Of a stretch of 64,000 nt of DNA, positions 10,484-22,360 are shown piece by piece. Origin of the DNA: Selaginella moellendorffii. Its lineage: Eukaryota > Plantae > Lycopodiophyta. A model generated the notes under the pieces. It saw only the letters and a list, made by a program, of their open reading frames with translations. It did not search any database and was not told the DNA's origin. The position numbers were made by a program, and so were the translations under genes. Each line of letters opens with the position of its first letter. Position 1 is the stretch's first letter. Where the stretch lies: contig NW_003314304.1 in assembly GCF_000143415.4 (NCBI RefSeq), positions 1,292,841-1,356,840 on the forward strand, in the 5' to 3' direction.

Positions 10484-13445
10484 CTTCACAGAGCATTCTC
10501 ATTCACAGAGCTTGCAACCAGGCAGAAGAAAGCTGCCGAATGGAAGCAACGTATCCATCCTTCGCCTGTTCTTCATTGCGAGCTGGCATTTGTGAGGCAT
10601 CAGCAGTTTCTTTCTACTTCGACATGGAGCAACATGCCCCTCCAGCTATGACCAGCTCTAGGCCTTGCTCTACCACAGTTGCTCCCACCAGCGAGGCCAT
10701 ATTTAATAGATGGTGTTTTAGGTGAAATTAAAAAGTTAAAGAAAAGGAATATTAAAAGTAAAAAAAAAAAATCCGCCTTAAAATTAACTTTGCTCCAACC
10801 TTTATGAGTTAATAGTTACTATCGCATTTACTTTAATGAGTTTCTTTATTTAACCATGCATTTTTCGTTAGCTTAGATTTAAACAATTCACAGCCATCGG
10901 ATCAGCTAATCTGACGGTTAGGATGCTGTGTAAATATATCTAAAGGCTAGTGTTTAGGGTAAGTTTTGAGGGGGCTGGTTTTGCTGTTGGCGGCGGCGCT
11001 GGGGGGAGGAGGCGTTATGTTTTTCTCAAACCATCAAAATGCACACTGGTGGGGTGCCCATTCTCAACGTGGCTACTCAGTATTCGTTTTGGGCTGTCGC
11101 TACTGTTTTGCACAGTACGTTGAGGCGGCCAAAGCGAGAGGAAGTCGGGGAATCGAAGCCCCCGGCTGCCCCACACTTAGATGTAGGATTTTCGATTGTG
11201 TGAAACTACTAACAAGCAGGATCGAAGACCAGCTACCCAGCCCTCTCTTGGGGATTTCCTCTTTGAGGAGAACCCCTCCAAAACAAAAAACGGAGAAGAA
11301 GCATTCCTGTCGTTTTTTCTTATTCGAAACAGTGTTTGCCTTGTTGCTTGACAAGGATTAGGGCCCCCTCTGTTCCGCTCCATCCCCAAGTCTTCACAAT
11401 GAAAATTAAGCTGGGGAAAAATTGTCATGCAGGAACATGATCAAGAACTCGTCGTGTGCAAGGCCTCCCTGCAAGCTTGATAAACAACAAAGAACAGGGA
11501 ACTGCAAACCATAAGAACACTTCATACTCGCGAACTTCAGTTTCTTCCGATTGCTCATGACCCCCAAAGGAGCGTTTCTCTTTGGATCTAGCTAGGGTAG
11601 GGAGCGGCAGGGACAGGATCACCGGCATTTCATCGAGCTTGTAGCTGATCTTGATCATACCTTGGACGGCCATGAATTTCTGGTATCATACCCCTCTCTT
11701 AGCACTGCTTATTAGATCAGTGCACTTCTTCTTGCATGACTTTCCTTGTCCTGCCTGAGATGAATGCGTCTGATTTTCGATTTTCAGATAATTTCCTAGC
11801 AGCGTCTACCTGGAAGAGCTCCCAAACGCATACTGTCCGATATGTGCTAGCTGGTGGTGGTGAGAGCGTACCATGTTAATTAGATTTAACTAGTATCAAC
11901 AAATATCTGTGGATTGGATTTCAGGCATTACAACAGACTAGGATAAAACTTCTTCCTTAGAAAAGAAAAATGTGAGAGAAAGACACTGACACTAGAGGTA
12001 CTTTGAGCTCTATCTAGTATATTTTCTAATTGTAAATCATTTTATTGTCGATTTTCTATCGAATCAATATATCTAGACTTCATACAGGTAACACTTGCTT
12101 TATCTTTCTTGCTTTTCCAACGTTGGTTTCAGTTTGATATTTTAGTGTCAATCTTCATTCCGGAAAGTTTTCTTCTAATTCTCAAGCTGCTTTGACAAGT
12201 TCCTCCAGAGGCAAGATGCTTTTTACTTAAGTTCTTTCAAAGAGTTTCTATCGATCTTATACTCTGCATGGCTGTGGCCTTGCAGTGTCTGCTTCAGCCA
12301 AGGTAGCGTTTGGGGACATGCCAAGGACGTGATCCTCCCAGTAAGGCGCAAGTGGAGCTTCACATATATTTATATCATGCAACTCAAATTAACCAGGTAA
12401 CTCTCAGAGTCAAGAGACAAACCGGTTCTCAACACTTAATACTTTGACCAGTCCAGAAATAGGCGTGATCGAGGTCGCTACTTTCTCATGCTCCTTGTCG
12501 CAATTCTTTTGAGCCAGGGTCCTGGAGATACAAAGTCAAGCTCTACAAAGCAAGTATGAAGAGAGACACACGCCTTTACTTGGCTCATTCTGATGTCTGT
12601 ATTATTATCATATATATGATGTGGAAGTTTTAAAATTGTTTAAAGTTTGCAAAAATGTGAAGTATAAATTTTTTTTATAAAAATAAAAAACTATTAATAA
12701 AAAATAAATATAAAAATGTTTATAGCTAAAAAATGATAAGAAATTAATAAAAAAATTTAAAACTTCAAGTTGGTATAGTGTATATGTGTCAATTATAACT
12801 ACATTTGCTATAATGCCCACAACAAAATTCTAATTTTTCTTTCTTAAGATCTTCATTACAAACTTTTTTTGTTTTTGGGTGTCCCAGAAGTTTATGAATT
12901 TTTTGTAGCAACATACCAAGCACTTCCAAATGTTTAATGTCAATAGGATAAAGTACACTCTCATGTGTTTTATGATAAGAATCAAGTAAGTAACATATGT
13001 TAGCATAGAGTTAAAAAAATGGTAGTAGTTGTGTGAGCACAAGGTAATCCAACTTTTTATCATCCAAAGCATGAGCAAGACTATGTTAGTATGTTAACCA
13101 CACAAGTATGCTCTTGTGTCTATATTTCAAATATAGTAAGATCTAAGGGCATGAGAAACCTTATGAAATTGCATCATAAAGAGGTTTCATAATAGCTCAA
13201 TTATTATTTTTGGATTGATGCTCAAGTAGAGGATAGCCAAGGTCAAGTCCAAGTCCAGCCAAAATGAGTAAAGGCTGTGTGCCTATGTTCTTATTGTGCA
13301 TAAGCTTCACTCAGCTATTGAGGGCTTTGGCTACCCTTTGGCACTTGAAATATGAACCTTACAACTATGCCATCTTAGTTGATGCTGGTTATACATTGCC
13401 TTTACTGCATCTTTGGGTGCTAGGACATATGTGCTTTGCATTAAC

Positions 13446-14830
13446 TACTTAGTTGATCTTATTAGTAGTCATATGCTTGTCTCAAAGATTAAGCCATGAA
13501 TGTATAAATATAAATTTTTTTATATTGTGAAATTGTGAATGGCTTATTAAATCAATAATAGTTTATTTGATAGTACCTTACTACTCAGATAACTATAGCA
13601 ATTCTATAACTAATATGTGTAAAGAGTCCTGACCTTCAAAAGGCATGCACTTACTAGATTCAAGACTAATGTGTACTCATTTATATTCTCAGTGGTTCAT
13701 GATAACTTGTCAAATCATATGGTCCTCGTGTCAGTGATACTTAAATTAAATTTCTACCCTATCAACTTTTGATGGTAGGATATAATAGGGAATTAGGGTT
13801 TGATTTTGAGATACAGCTACCACATCTAGGGAAGGTAGCAAACGCACGAATTATCCAATTCTGACATTGGGAGGTACTGACAATAAATAATAATACTGAG
13901 CTTTCAAAATTTGGTAATTGGAATGAGTACAATATAAATCTCTTAAGGAAGATTCATTAGAGGGCAAGTCTAGTGCCAATAGCTATAGTAATTCTAATTC
14001 TAATAACATGTTATTATAGTTAAAAAGCTCATTTGGATCTCAGGACAAGATGAATGGTTTCCCTATATGCACTAGTCACCCCATTCTATGAGTCAATGAT
14101 GCTACTTTGATCTTTACTGGCTAGGGTGTGGAGTCGACAATGTTATTTTGAAAAAATTAAAGTGCTCAAAACAGACTCATACTCTAAATACATTAGTATG
14201 GAATAATGTAATAGGACTCTAATCCTGTTGTGTTGGTCTCCAAGATATGAGTAATGATTAGTAGGGACAATTGGGGGCATTTGTACTCTATTGTTAGAGA
14301 TGAAATTCTTAAGCATTTGCTGAGGATGCTTTTATTAATCAAGAATGAAAGTTAGGAGCTCAAATATGATTAAATACCATTTTAGTCTTAACCATAGATG
14401 ATGATGATTAGGGATTGGCAGATGTTATTTGGATGACAACACCATCACCTCATGAAAAATCAAAGTCTTTGAGTTCCAAGAGGAGTATGGTTGCAAAGCT
14501 AAAACTTAAAGGAATTTATGGAAGGGTATTATTTGGAGTGAAGCTTGTGGTTTGATGAAGAAACTTACTAAGTTTAGACATAGTAAGAATTAATAGATTA
14601 AGAGCTCTTTCTTGATTCTATAGATTGTAATTTCTTAGTTGGTGAAGTGATTTTTTTGGTTAATTTTATTAACAAACAAGACCCCAACCTAGTAACTAGT
14701 GTTTTCTCCAACCTAGCTTCTTAGAGAGGCTATTTACTTTTGGTGGATAGAAGTTTGAAGCAATAATAGATTTGTGATGCCTTTAGATGTTTTGGGCTGC
14801 ACATGCACTACATTGATGAACTCAACAAGT
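13446..14830 (+). pseudogene. 18S rRNA pseudogene, 5' end retained, 3'-truncated and AT-eroded (copy 2)
   Basis: Begins tacttagttgatcttattagtagtcatatgcttgtctcaaagattaagccatg versus canonical TACCTGGTTGATCCTGCCAGTAGTCATATGCTTGTCTCAAAGATTAAGCCATG. Has internal deletions, and no ITS or 5.8S follows. Confidence 0.95.
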
Positions 14831-16172
14831 GCATGCCTATGTCAATGTTAAAACCTTGACATTAACATTGGTAGAGTTGATATTAGAGTGAAATGAGATA
14901 TTTCTTCATCAATATATTGCAAAAGATAAATTTTTGATCTATAATTATTCAGATAGTTAGTAATTAATTAAGCCTCATTGGAAATTGATAATTTGCTTCA
15001 TGAGTTTTGACAAAGATAATATTGGTGATTTGGTTATAGCTTTATGTTATTAATGTTCATGCATTTGCTAGTTAGCAATTATACTGACATTCAATAAATT
15101 GAGTGGTAAGTTAGTGTCAATGCAATGGCATAGTGAGTCCAAAGAAAATAGTCTCTATAATAGACCCATAGGAGGGTGTTAGCTATATTATAGATGAACT
15201 TTTTTAGTAGGGTTGAGTTTTGGCTTTTCTTTGAAAAGTGACTTAATTAGCTAGTTTTGCAAAATGAAGAATTAGTGATTAATACTAAACTTATTAGATC
15301 CTTGTTGGTTTAAGTTTGAAATTATTGATTATTGATAATTCTCATTACACTTGTTATAAAGTGTGTTACATATTAAAATTTATAAAAGATGGTTTGGTGA
15401 TCACTTGTTGAGCATGGATTTTAAATTAACATAGATATACTCTTTATTAGCTTTTGCATTATGAAGTTTTGGCCTATGAATTTTCTAAGGTGGAAATTAT
15501 AGGTTATATCATGATTTCTTTTTAAACATTGAAGTTAGTCAGTATGAAACTTATGATTGTTATTATATAGGATTTAGTTATAAACTTCTTTGAGCTTTTG
15601 GTTCTTGATCATCTGGGATAGTTGATTATCTTTATTAAATATTATATTTAATTATTATTGCTAATAATCATATGCCATTCTATTCTATTTGGTAATGATT
15701 ATCAACAATATAACTTATTTAAGTTAATGCATTTCTCACAAAATATGAATATCATGAGTTTTTTCTAGAGTTGTTTCTTTGGCAGTGGTCTCAAGTGTGC
15801 ATCAACAAGAATGTCAATCTTTTTAAAGGGGGGAGAACATATCATAAATAGTATCAAAAGTTGTCTATTAGTAAGACTTTTTGAATATTCTTCTTTTACT
15901 GTTATAATAGAAAAAAGGTTAGTATTGTTAGACTCTTTATCAATCTCCACCTGAGCTAATTAAGAAACTAATTATTATATATGCATTTAGACCAAAAGGG
16001 CACTAAAGAAAGAAATCATAAATTATAAATGAGAAATTTATATTGTTAATTTGCACTTGCTAATGTTGAAAACCCTTGCAATATTGAGCTTAATCTCTCA
16101 ATATATTCAATAGGTGATAGATTATCAGATATCGTCTTGGATGTGGCAAGACAACAATGACCTAGAATATTC

Positions 16173-18389
16173 TCAATCACGGCTAAAAAAAGTTGGAATG
16201 CCTTCAGAAGTGACTGGAAAGGGAGGTCTGTTGCACCGACAAGATACGTAACGATCATAATCCTTAAATGCAAGGAGGTCTGTTGCAGCTACCCAGTCTC
16301 TCCAGGTGGGTTCGTCCTTTATGACAAAGTGAACCTACAATTTTGAACACAGAATAACAAAGGCATGTCTAATCCAGGGCAGCTTACCTCAATGGATGCT
16401 TTAGCACTTTTGAGTGCCTTTTGTACGCTTTCTACAGCAATCCTTGCCACTTTATCCAGAGGAAACCTGAAACACAATGCGAACTCAGTATACAATAGGT
16501 AAGGTGTGAGTACAAACCCGCCATATCTGCACAAGATAGCTGGGAACGCTATGTGCTTAACGCCCTCCTTGCAAGCAAGTGTTATAGCGTTCCTGTAATA
16601 GATAAAGCACAATGTATCAAATTTGCTACACACTCTGGCATACCTGTAAGTGAGACCAAGATACTCAGCAGCTTCCATGTCCCTGTCTTCGTAGTATTTT
16701 GGGCCTTGAATAACAATGATTTTAGGTGCTGGCAGTCCTCCTGAAGGGCTGAGAAACAAGTCCGTTAAAAGTTTTAAAAGGAAATGAGGAAAGACAGTTA
16801 CATGATATCCAAGCCAGTAAAGGAACCAGTAGCAAACCACGAACCAGTAGCAATACATATTTCTGAAAAGAGAAAAGCTCATGTCAAATGCCAAACACCC
16901 TTTTGCTTTACCTCTGTGTATCTGACCTCCAACAGGAACTACAATAGCGTCATTCTTTCCGTCTACAAACCACTCTTTTATGTCCCCGTTTCTAATCACG
17001 AACTTGCAAGAGCCGACTTTACAAACAAGCTTGAGGTCCTTTTCCTGATCAAAAGCCACTAAATCTCAAACCACAAACTCAGATAAACAAACAAAACGAG
17101 AGGTAGATTTGAACCTTGAGGTCCATCACTCTTATGCAGGGGTCCCTGGGAGGTCCGGGCTTGCAAGAGGTAAAGGGTTCGGGTACTTGAGGGTTCCCAT
17201 TGACTGAAAACAGAAACAAGGTTATATAGCTATAATTGATGTACTCTACGTACCTAGGGGAAGGAAACCATCGGGTCTCACATCATATAACTCCATCGCT
17301 TGTTCGTCTTCAGACTCATCCGGGTCTTCAGGCACATCTTCATCTTCAGACTCAGATTCGTCCGCAGGCTCGGGATTTAAATCGACTGGGTTTTCCTCTA
17401 TGTCCTCTGCGGCGCTGTGTAGCTGTCCACTCACCTCTTGAGTCACTCCATTGGCCACTTTCTGTCGCAGCAGCTCTCCAACAGGAACTACTGCGAATGT
17501 CCTGCAATCATCAGACCCTACATCGGCAATCTGGCGGCAAGCTTCCTCGAGGCCCTGTACTAGTTCGCCCATTACAATCTCGTTTGCGGATCAGAAGCAT
17601 ACAATACTCACAAGTGCGTCGATCCGAGTGGTGAAAACGCTTGTAAAATCGCTATCCATGTGATAATTTAGGTGTCTCGACGCAACGATTAGGTAAGTGT
17701 CTGCCGTAGTCAGCCGCTCCTGTGTGCACACACTTTCAGAATAACAAATTTTCAACAAAAGAGTAAGTACCTTGTGGTAATAAAAAGGTAGAGTGCTACT
17801 TTGCGGGGGGCTAGCATTTTTGAGACGGTAGAGAGAACTTGGACGGGTTAGCTTTTCGTCCTTTCCACTTCGGCACAGTATCACCAACGCAAGGGCCTGG
17901 CCAAACACATACACATGTGCGTCTCCAAGCACCACCACCAAGGACCTGTTTTGCGCACACCAATCCTATAAAACCAAAGTAAACATTCACAGAAACAGCA
18001 ATAATCCATCTGACAAGAAGAGAGATTACCACATACCCGGCAATCTGATGATCCTACCAGAGCCCGCAGCTCTTCATTCATCCTGCAAAAGAACCACCGA
18101 TATTTTTTTGAAAAGTACAATGCACATACTCTTACTTTGTGAATGCGAGCTCCAGAGCTCGTGGAGTACCGAATGTTGACAGCTCCAGAGATGCTCGAAT
18201 GTGATCCATGAGTCGAGATCGGCGTAACTTGAGAAGTTCGAGATGTACAGAATAGAGGTGCACATCTCTTACGTCCGGATAAGCTGCATGGAAAATTAGC
18301 ACAACTCGCTCCTGCACTCTCCCTAGCTCTGGCAAGCACACGATACGTGCAGTCGCATCCTGGGGCGGCTCGACTATCACTGCCTCCAT
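16173..18389 (-). CDS. Degenerate PP2C-like + macrodomain fusion gene, copy 2
   Basis: Same exon structure as 6940-9138. The small exon carries an extra in-frame 18 nt (EICIATGSWFATGSFTGLDI). Confidence 0.65.
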
Positions 18390-18765
18390 CGCCACAGCAC
18401 AGCCCTAAGCCCTATAGCCTTTTTACGTTAGAGTTATATTGAGTTTGCTTGCTTAATCCTTCGCCTTTGCGCAAAGGAGAGCTCCATTTCCCTGTTCTAA
18501 GCTCTGGAGCTCGTTTTATTGGGAAAAAGATATTCTAGCTCTGAAAGTTTCTACTTACGAGCCAATGATGCGAGTGGCATGGAGAAATCCTTGTGGATCG
18601 CATCTACTGGCGAGCTAGAAGAAGAAGAGCAACAAAAACTTGTTCAAGGCTCTTTCTAATCCAAAAAGGCATGAAGCCCAGCTGTAAAGGTGAGCTCACC
18701 TTTTTCTCGTTTCTCTATATAAACGGGCTTTCCGTAATAGGTTCTCTCGTGAAGGTTTTGGCGAG

Positions 18766-19726
18766 ATGAAGACGTCGTCGAAGATTTTAGTGTTCTTGTT
18801 TGCGATCTTGGCTCTCTGCGCGTGCGTGTATGGGAGGTCAGTTCCTCAGCTGCGGACTATCTACATGGGAGACTCAATCTTTGATGTTGGAACTAACAAG
18901 TACGTGAAGAACTCTGTTTCTCGTTGTGATTTTGTGCCGTATGGGAAGACAAGGTATAACCAGCCATCAGGAAGGTGTAGCGATGGGTTTCTAATTCCAG
19001 ATCTGATAAACAAAGTGATCGGTTTGCCCTTTTCAAAACCATTCTTGGGCTTGAAAGGTGGGAGCCAACTTCCACTAAGCATCAACTTTGCGTCAGACGG
19101 TAGTGGATTCTACTCACTCAGACTGGGGTGTCGTGTCGTTTAATGAGCAGCTAAAACAACTTGGACAGCTAGCCAACAAGATCCCCATGATGAATCTCAA
19201 TGACTTTGTGGTAGTGATATCTTCGGGTGGCAATGACATTGCGGCAAATCTTCAAAACCTTGCTAATGTGGACTTGGAAGCAATGCTAGTGTCATTGGAG
19301 AAAGGCTTGGAGCAACTTTATAAATATGGATTCAGGAAGATTGTCTACTCTAGCCTTGGGCCGTTAGGGTGTGTGCCTATTGTCACGTCGGATGGAAATT
19401 GTGTGAGAGAGATCAACGATTTAGTCGAACAATTCAATTGGCAAGCTCGGGCGATTGTTTTGGGGGTGGCAAAGAAATTCCCAGGGATGAGAGGTGCATT
19501 TGTTGACGGCTATTCACTGATCAAATCGTACGTGGAGAACCCAAATAAGTTTGGATTCCAGAATGGAGGGGGTTGTTGCCCCAATTGCCTATCACACAAA
19601 AATACCTTGAGCGGGCTGTGCAGGAATCCAAGTGATTATGTTTTCTGGGATTTAATTCACCCAACAGAGCACACGTACACACTAGTGACGAAAGAATTCA
19701 TGAAACAAATCAAGAAAATCTTGTAA
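18766..19726 (+). pseudogene. GDSL lipase duplicate with an 8-bp frameshifting deletion
   Basis: ggtagtggactgcttgattctac in copy 1 becomes ggtagtggattctac at about 19107, splitting the ORF into 125 aa and 212 aa pieces. Confidence 0.9.
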
Positions 19727-20327
19727 CTTCACAGAGCATTCTCATTCACAGAGCTTGCAACCAGGCAGAAGAAAGCTGCCGAATGGAAGCACCGTATCCA
19801 TCCTTCGCCTGTTCTTCATTGCGAGCTGGCATTTGTGAGGCATCAGCAGTTTCTTTCTACTTCGACATGGAGCAACATGCCCCTCCAGCTATGACCAGCT
19901 CTAGGCCTTGCTCTACCACAGTTTCTCCCACCAGCGAGGCCATATTTTTCTTTCGACGGTGTCATGTTGACGAAGGTGATGGATTTGATCGTCACAGCAA
20001 TTCATCACAAACTACAGCAGCTTTCTAGTGGGACATTCAGCACTCATATCACATCCCCACACAACAGACTCACAGCAGCAGTGTGATCTCTTCGGCTGTA
20101 TGCATGCCAAATAGTTTTCATCAGCATCACCACTTCCTACGACCACCAGACTTTGGTGAGCGGCTCAGAAGGTCTTCTACTCTTCCACAATCCCTCTGCT
20201 CGATGATTTGTGCTGACAACCTAATGGCTATTTATTCTCTCTCAAAGAGTCCTGCCATGCTTCTCTAGCAGCTCCATCTTAAGGAAATTGATTGAATAGT
20301 TCTGTTAATAATTCTTGTAATAAAAAA

Positions 20328-22331
20328 ATGTCTTACATGCTCTCCCAATCCATGAGAATTTTTGAGTCAACCAGTGTCAACGAAAGCATGCTTCATGAGT
20401 TGACCAGCAAGAGGAAATTGGAGGAGGCCAAGGCTTTGTTCGATCAGATGCCACACCACAGCTTGATGCTGTGGAATATGGTTCTTACTGCTTATGCTCG
20501 ATCAGGGTATCTCGAACAAGCAAGAATTTGCTTTGAGCAAATGCCGCAAAAAGACATTGCAATTTATAACTCAATGCTGACATCGTATGGTCGTGCTGAT
20601 GAAGCTGCTAAAGCTAATCAACTGTTTGATAAAATGCCAGCGTGGGATTCTGTATCCTGGAACTCATTACTAGCAGCATATGCCTGCATTGGGGATGTAA
20701 GCAAGGCAAAACGAGTGTTTGATAAGATGCCAGAGAAAATTTTAGTGTCATGGAACACGCTTCTCACAGCTTACGTTCAAAACCAAAATGTTTCTGATGC
20801 AATCTTTATATTTCATGGAATTCCTGTCAGGGATTTGATCACTTGGAACGTAATGCTATCAGCGTATGCTCATGAAGGGCATATTCAAGATTGTTTTAAG
20901 GTATTTCAAGAGATGCCTGAGAGGGATCAGGTCAGCTGGAATTCGGTGCTGGGAGCAGTTTGCTCTAGCCCAGAACATATCAACCTAGCGCTACAAATTT
21001 TCCATCTCATCCCCAAGAGAACGCTCAGCTCCTACAACACACTACTCCACTGTCTGTGTGAAGCTGGTCTCGTTGTCAATGCAAGAGAGCTGTTTGATCG
21101 AATGCCCGAGCGAGATCTCCTCACTTGGAACACGATGATTGCCACAAACTCTGGAGATGGCTCGATCGATCAAGCAGAAAATGTCTTTAACCAGATGAAA
21201 GAGAGAAGCTTGGTGTCGTTTACGTGCATGATCAATCTCTACTCCCAAGCCGGGAATCTGGACATGGCCAAGAACATTTTCTTTACCGAGATGCCATACT
21301 GGGATTTAATCTCTTCCAGCGCAATGCTAACAGCGTTATCTCGTCACGGGGATTTGATCAAAGCCGAGTATTTGCTCGAAAAAATCCCGAGGCTTGATAT
21401 GGTGCTCTTGACGACAATGATCGGACTATACGCGCAAAGTGGACAGATAGAGATATCCAAAACACTATTTATTTGCCCTTTTCTTTCAGACAAGGATGAA
21501 ATTTTCTGGAATTCAATGCTAACAGCAATTGCCGTAAATGGGCAATTGCAGCAAACAGAGAGTTTCTTCCAGGTTATACCCAATAAGGGTGTTGTGACAT
21601 GGACATCACTAATGACGTGTTATGCCATGCACGGGTACGTGGATAGGGCGAAAGCGATATTTGTTTTGATGCCCGAGCACGATGCAATTGCTACAAACAC
21701 GATGCTCGCTGCAATTACCCTAACTGGGGATATTCCAAAATGCCTGGAGTTCTTTCACGCGATCCCGGCAAGGAGCTCCACCTCATGGAGCACTGTGATT
21801 GCTGCGCTTGCTAGGGCGGACGATACTTTCGATCGCGCCAGGGATCTCTTTGACAGGATGCCAGTAGCCTTCAAGCGACCATGGAGTGGGATGATGGGGG
21901 CTTGCTGCCGCAAGGGCGATTGGCGCGGCGTGATGGATCTCTTCTCGGAGATGAGCATGCTCGAATCGCCCGACGAGCTGTGCTTCGTGGCGCTCTTGAT
22001 CGCTTGCAGCCAGCAAGGAGGACTGAGTGATGGGAGGGCGAAATTCGCGTCGATGGGCAGGGATTTTGGAATGGCGGCCACGAAGCAGCACTATAGCTGC
22101 TTGATCGATCTCCTGGGTCGCGCAGGATACCTCGGGTTTGCGAAGAATCTGATAGAGAGCATGCCATTCTTCGCCGATAGCTCGGATTGGCTGTGTCTTC
22201 TCGGATCCTGCATCAAATTCAAGGATTTCGGCATGGCGATCTACGCGGCACGGCAGATCCTCCACTTAGATCCACGAAATCCCAGAGCCTATGTGTTCTT
22301 GGCCAGCATTTGTAGTAGTCAAGAGCCCTAG
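20328..22331 (+). CDS. PLS-class (SS-rich) PPR protein ending in an E domain
   Basis: About 31-aa repeats (MPERD.VSWN..L.AY), C-terminal HYSCLIDLLGRAG...W.CLLGSC...AYVFLASI. First ATG at 20328; the ORF track opens at TTG 20292. Confidence 0.9.
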   Translation: MSYMLSQSMRIFESTSVNESMLHELTSKRKLEEAKALFDQMPHHSLMLWNMVLTAYARSGYLEQARICFEQMPQKDIAIYNSMLTSYGRADEAAKANQLFDKMPAWDSVSWNSLLAAYACIGDVSKAKRVFDKMPEKILVSWNTLLTAYVQNQNVSDAIFIFHGIPVRDLITWNVMLSAYAHEGHIQDCFKVFQEMPERDQVSWNSVLGAVCSSPEHINLALQIFHLIPKRTLSSYNTLLHCLCEAGLVVNARELFDRMPERDLLTWNTMIATNSGDGSIDQAENVFNQMKERSLVSFTCMINLYSQAGNLDMAKNIFFTEMPYWDLISSSAMLTALSRHGDLIKAEYLLEKIPRLDMVLLTTMIGLYAQSGQIEISKTLFICPFLSDKDEIFWNSMLTAIAVNGQLQQTESFFQVIPNKGVVTWTSLMTCYAMHGYVDRAKAIFVLMPEHDAIATNTMLAAITLTGDIPKCLEFFHAIPARSSTSWSTVIAALARADDTFDRARDLFDRMPVAFKRPWSGMMGACCRKGDWRGVMDLFSEMSMLESPDELCFVALLIACSQQGGLSDGRAKFASMGRDFGMAATKQHYSCLIDLLGRAGYLGFAKNLIESMPFFADSSDWLCLLGSCIKFKDFGMAIYAARQILHLDPRNPRAYVFLASICSSQEP

Positions 22332-22360
22332 CTCTTGTCCTAGGGTTCTTGAGAGAATGA

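Larger units (their letters stand above)
3849..10704. repeat. Segmental duplication, copy 1 (partner 13839-19945)
   Basis: Collinear near-identity with offset about 9990 in the 18S part and about 9251 in the genes. Identity ends after gcgaggccatattt. Confidence 0.95.
13839..19945. repeat. Segmental duplication, copy 2 (partner 3849-10704)
   Basis: Identical ORF-track peptides at a constant offset, e.g. 8881/18132 and 9515/18766. Confidence 0.95.

Noticed and set aside
13446-14830. Functional 18S rRNA gene or contaminant rDNA (also 3849-4840)
   Set aside because: Universally conserved positions are mutated, there are internal deletions, the 3' end is missing and no ITS or 5.8S follows.
16319-17059. 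246-aa single-exon ORF taken as the real protein
   Set aside because: It reads through several in-frame introns whose Phe/Leu/Cys-rich translations interrupt macro motifs; the spliced model fits better.
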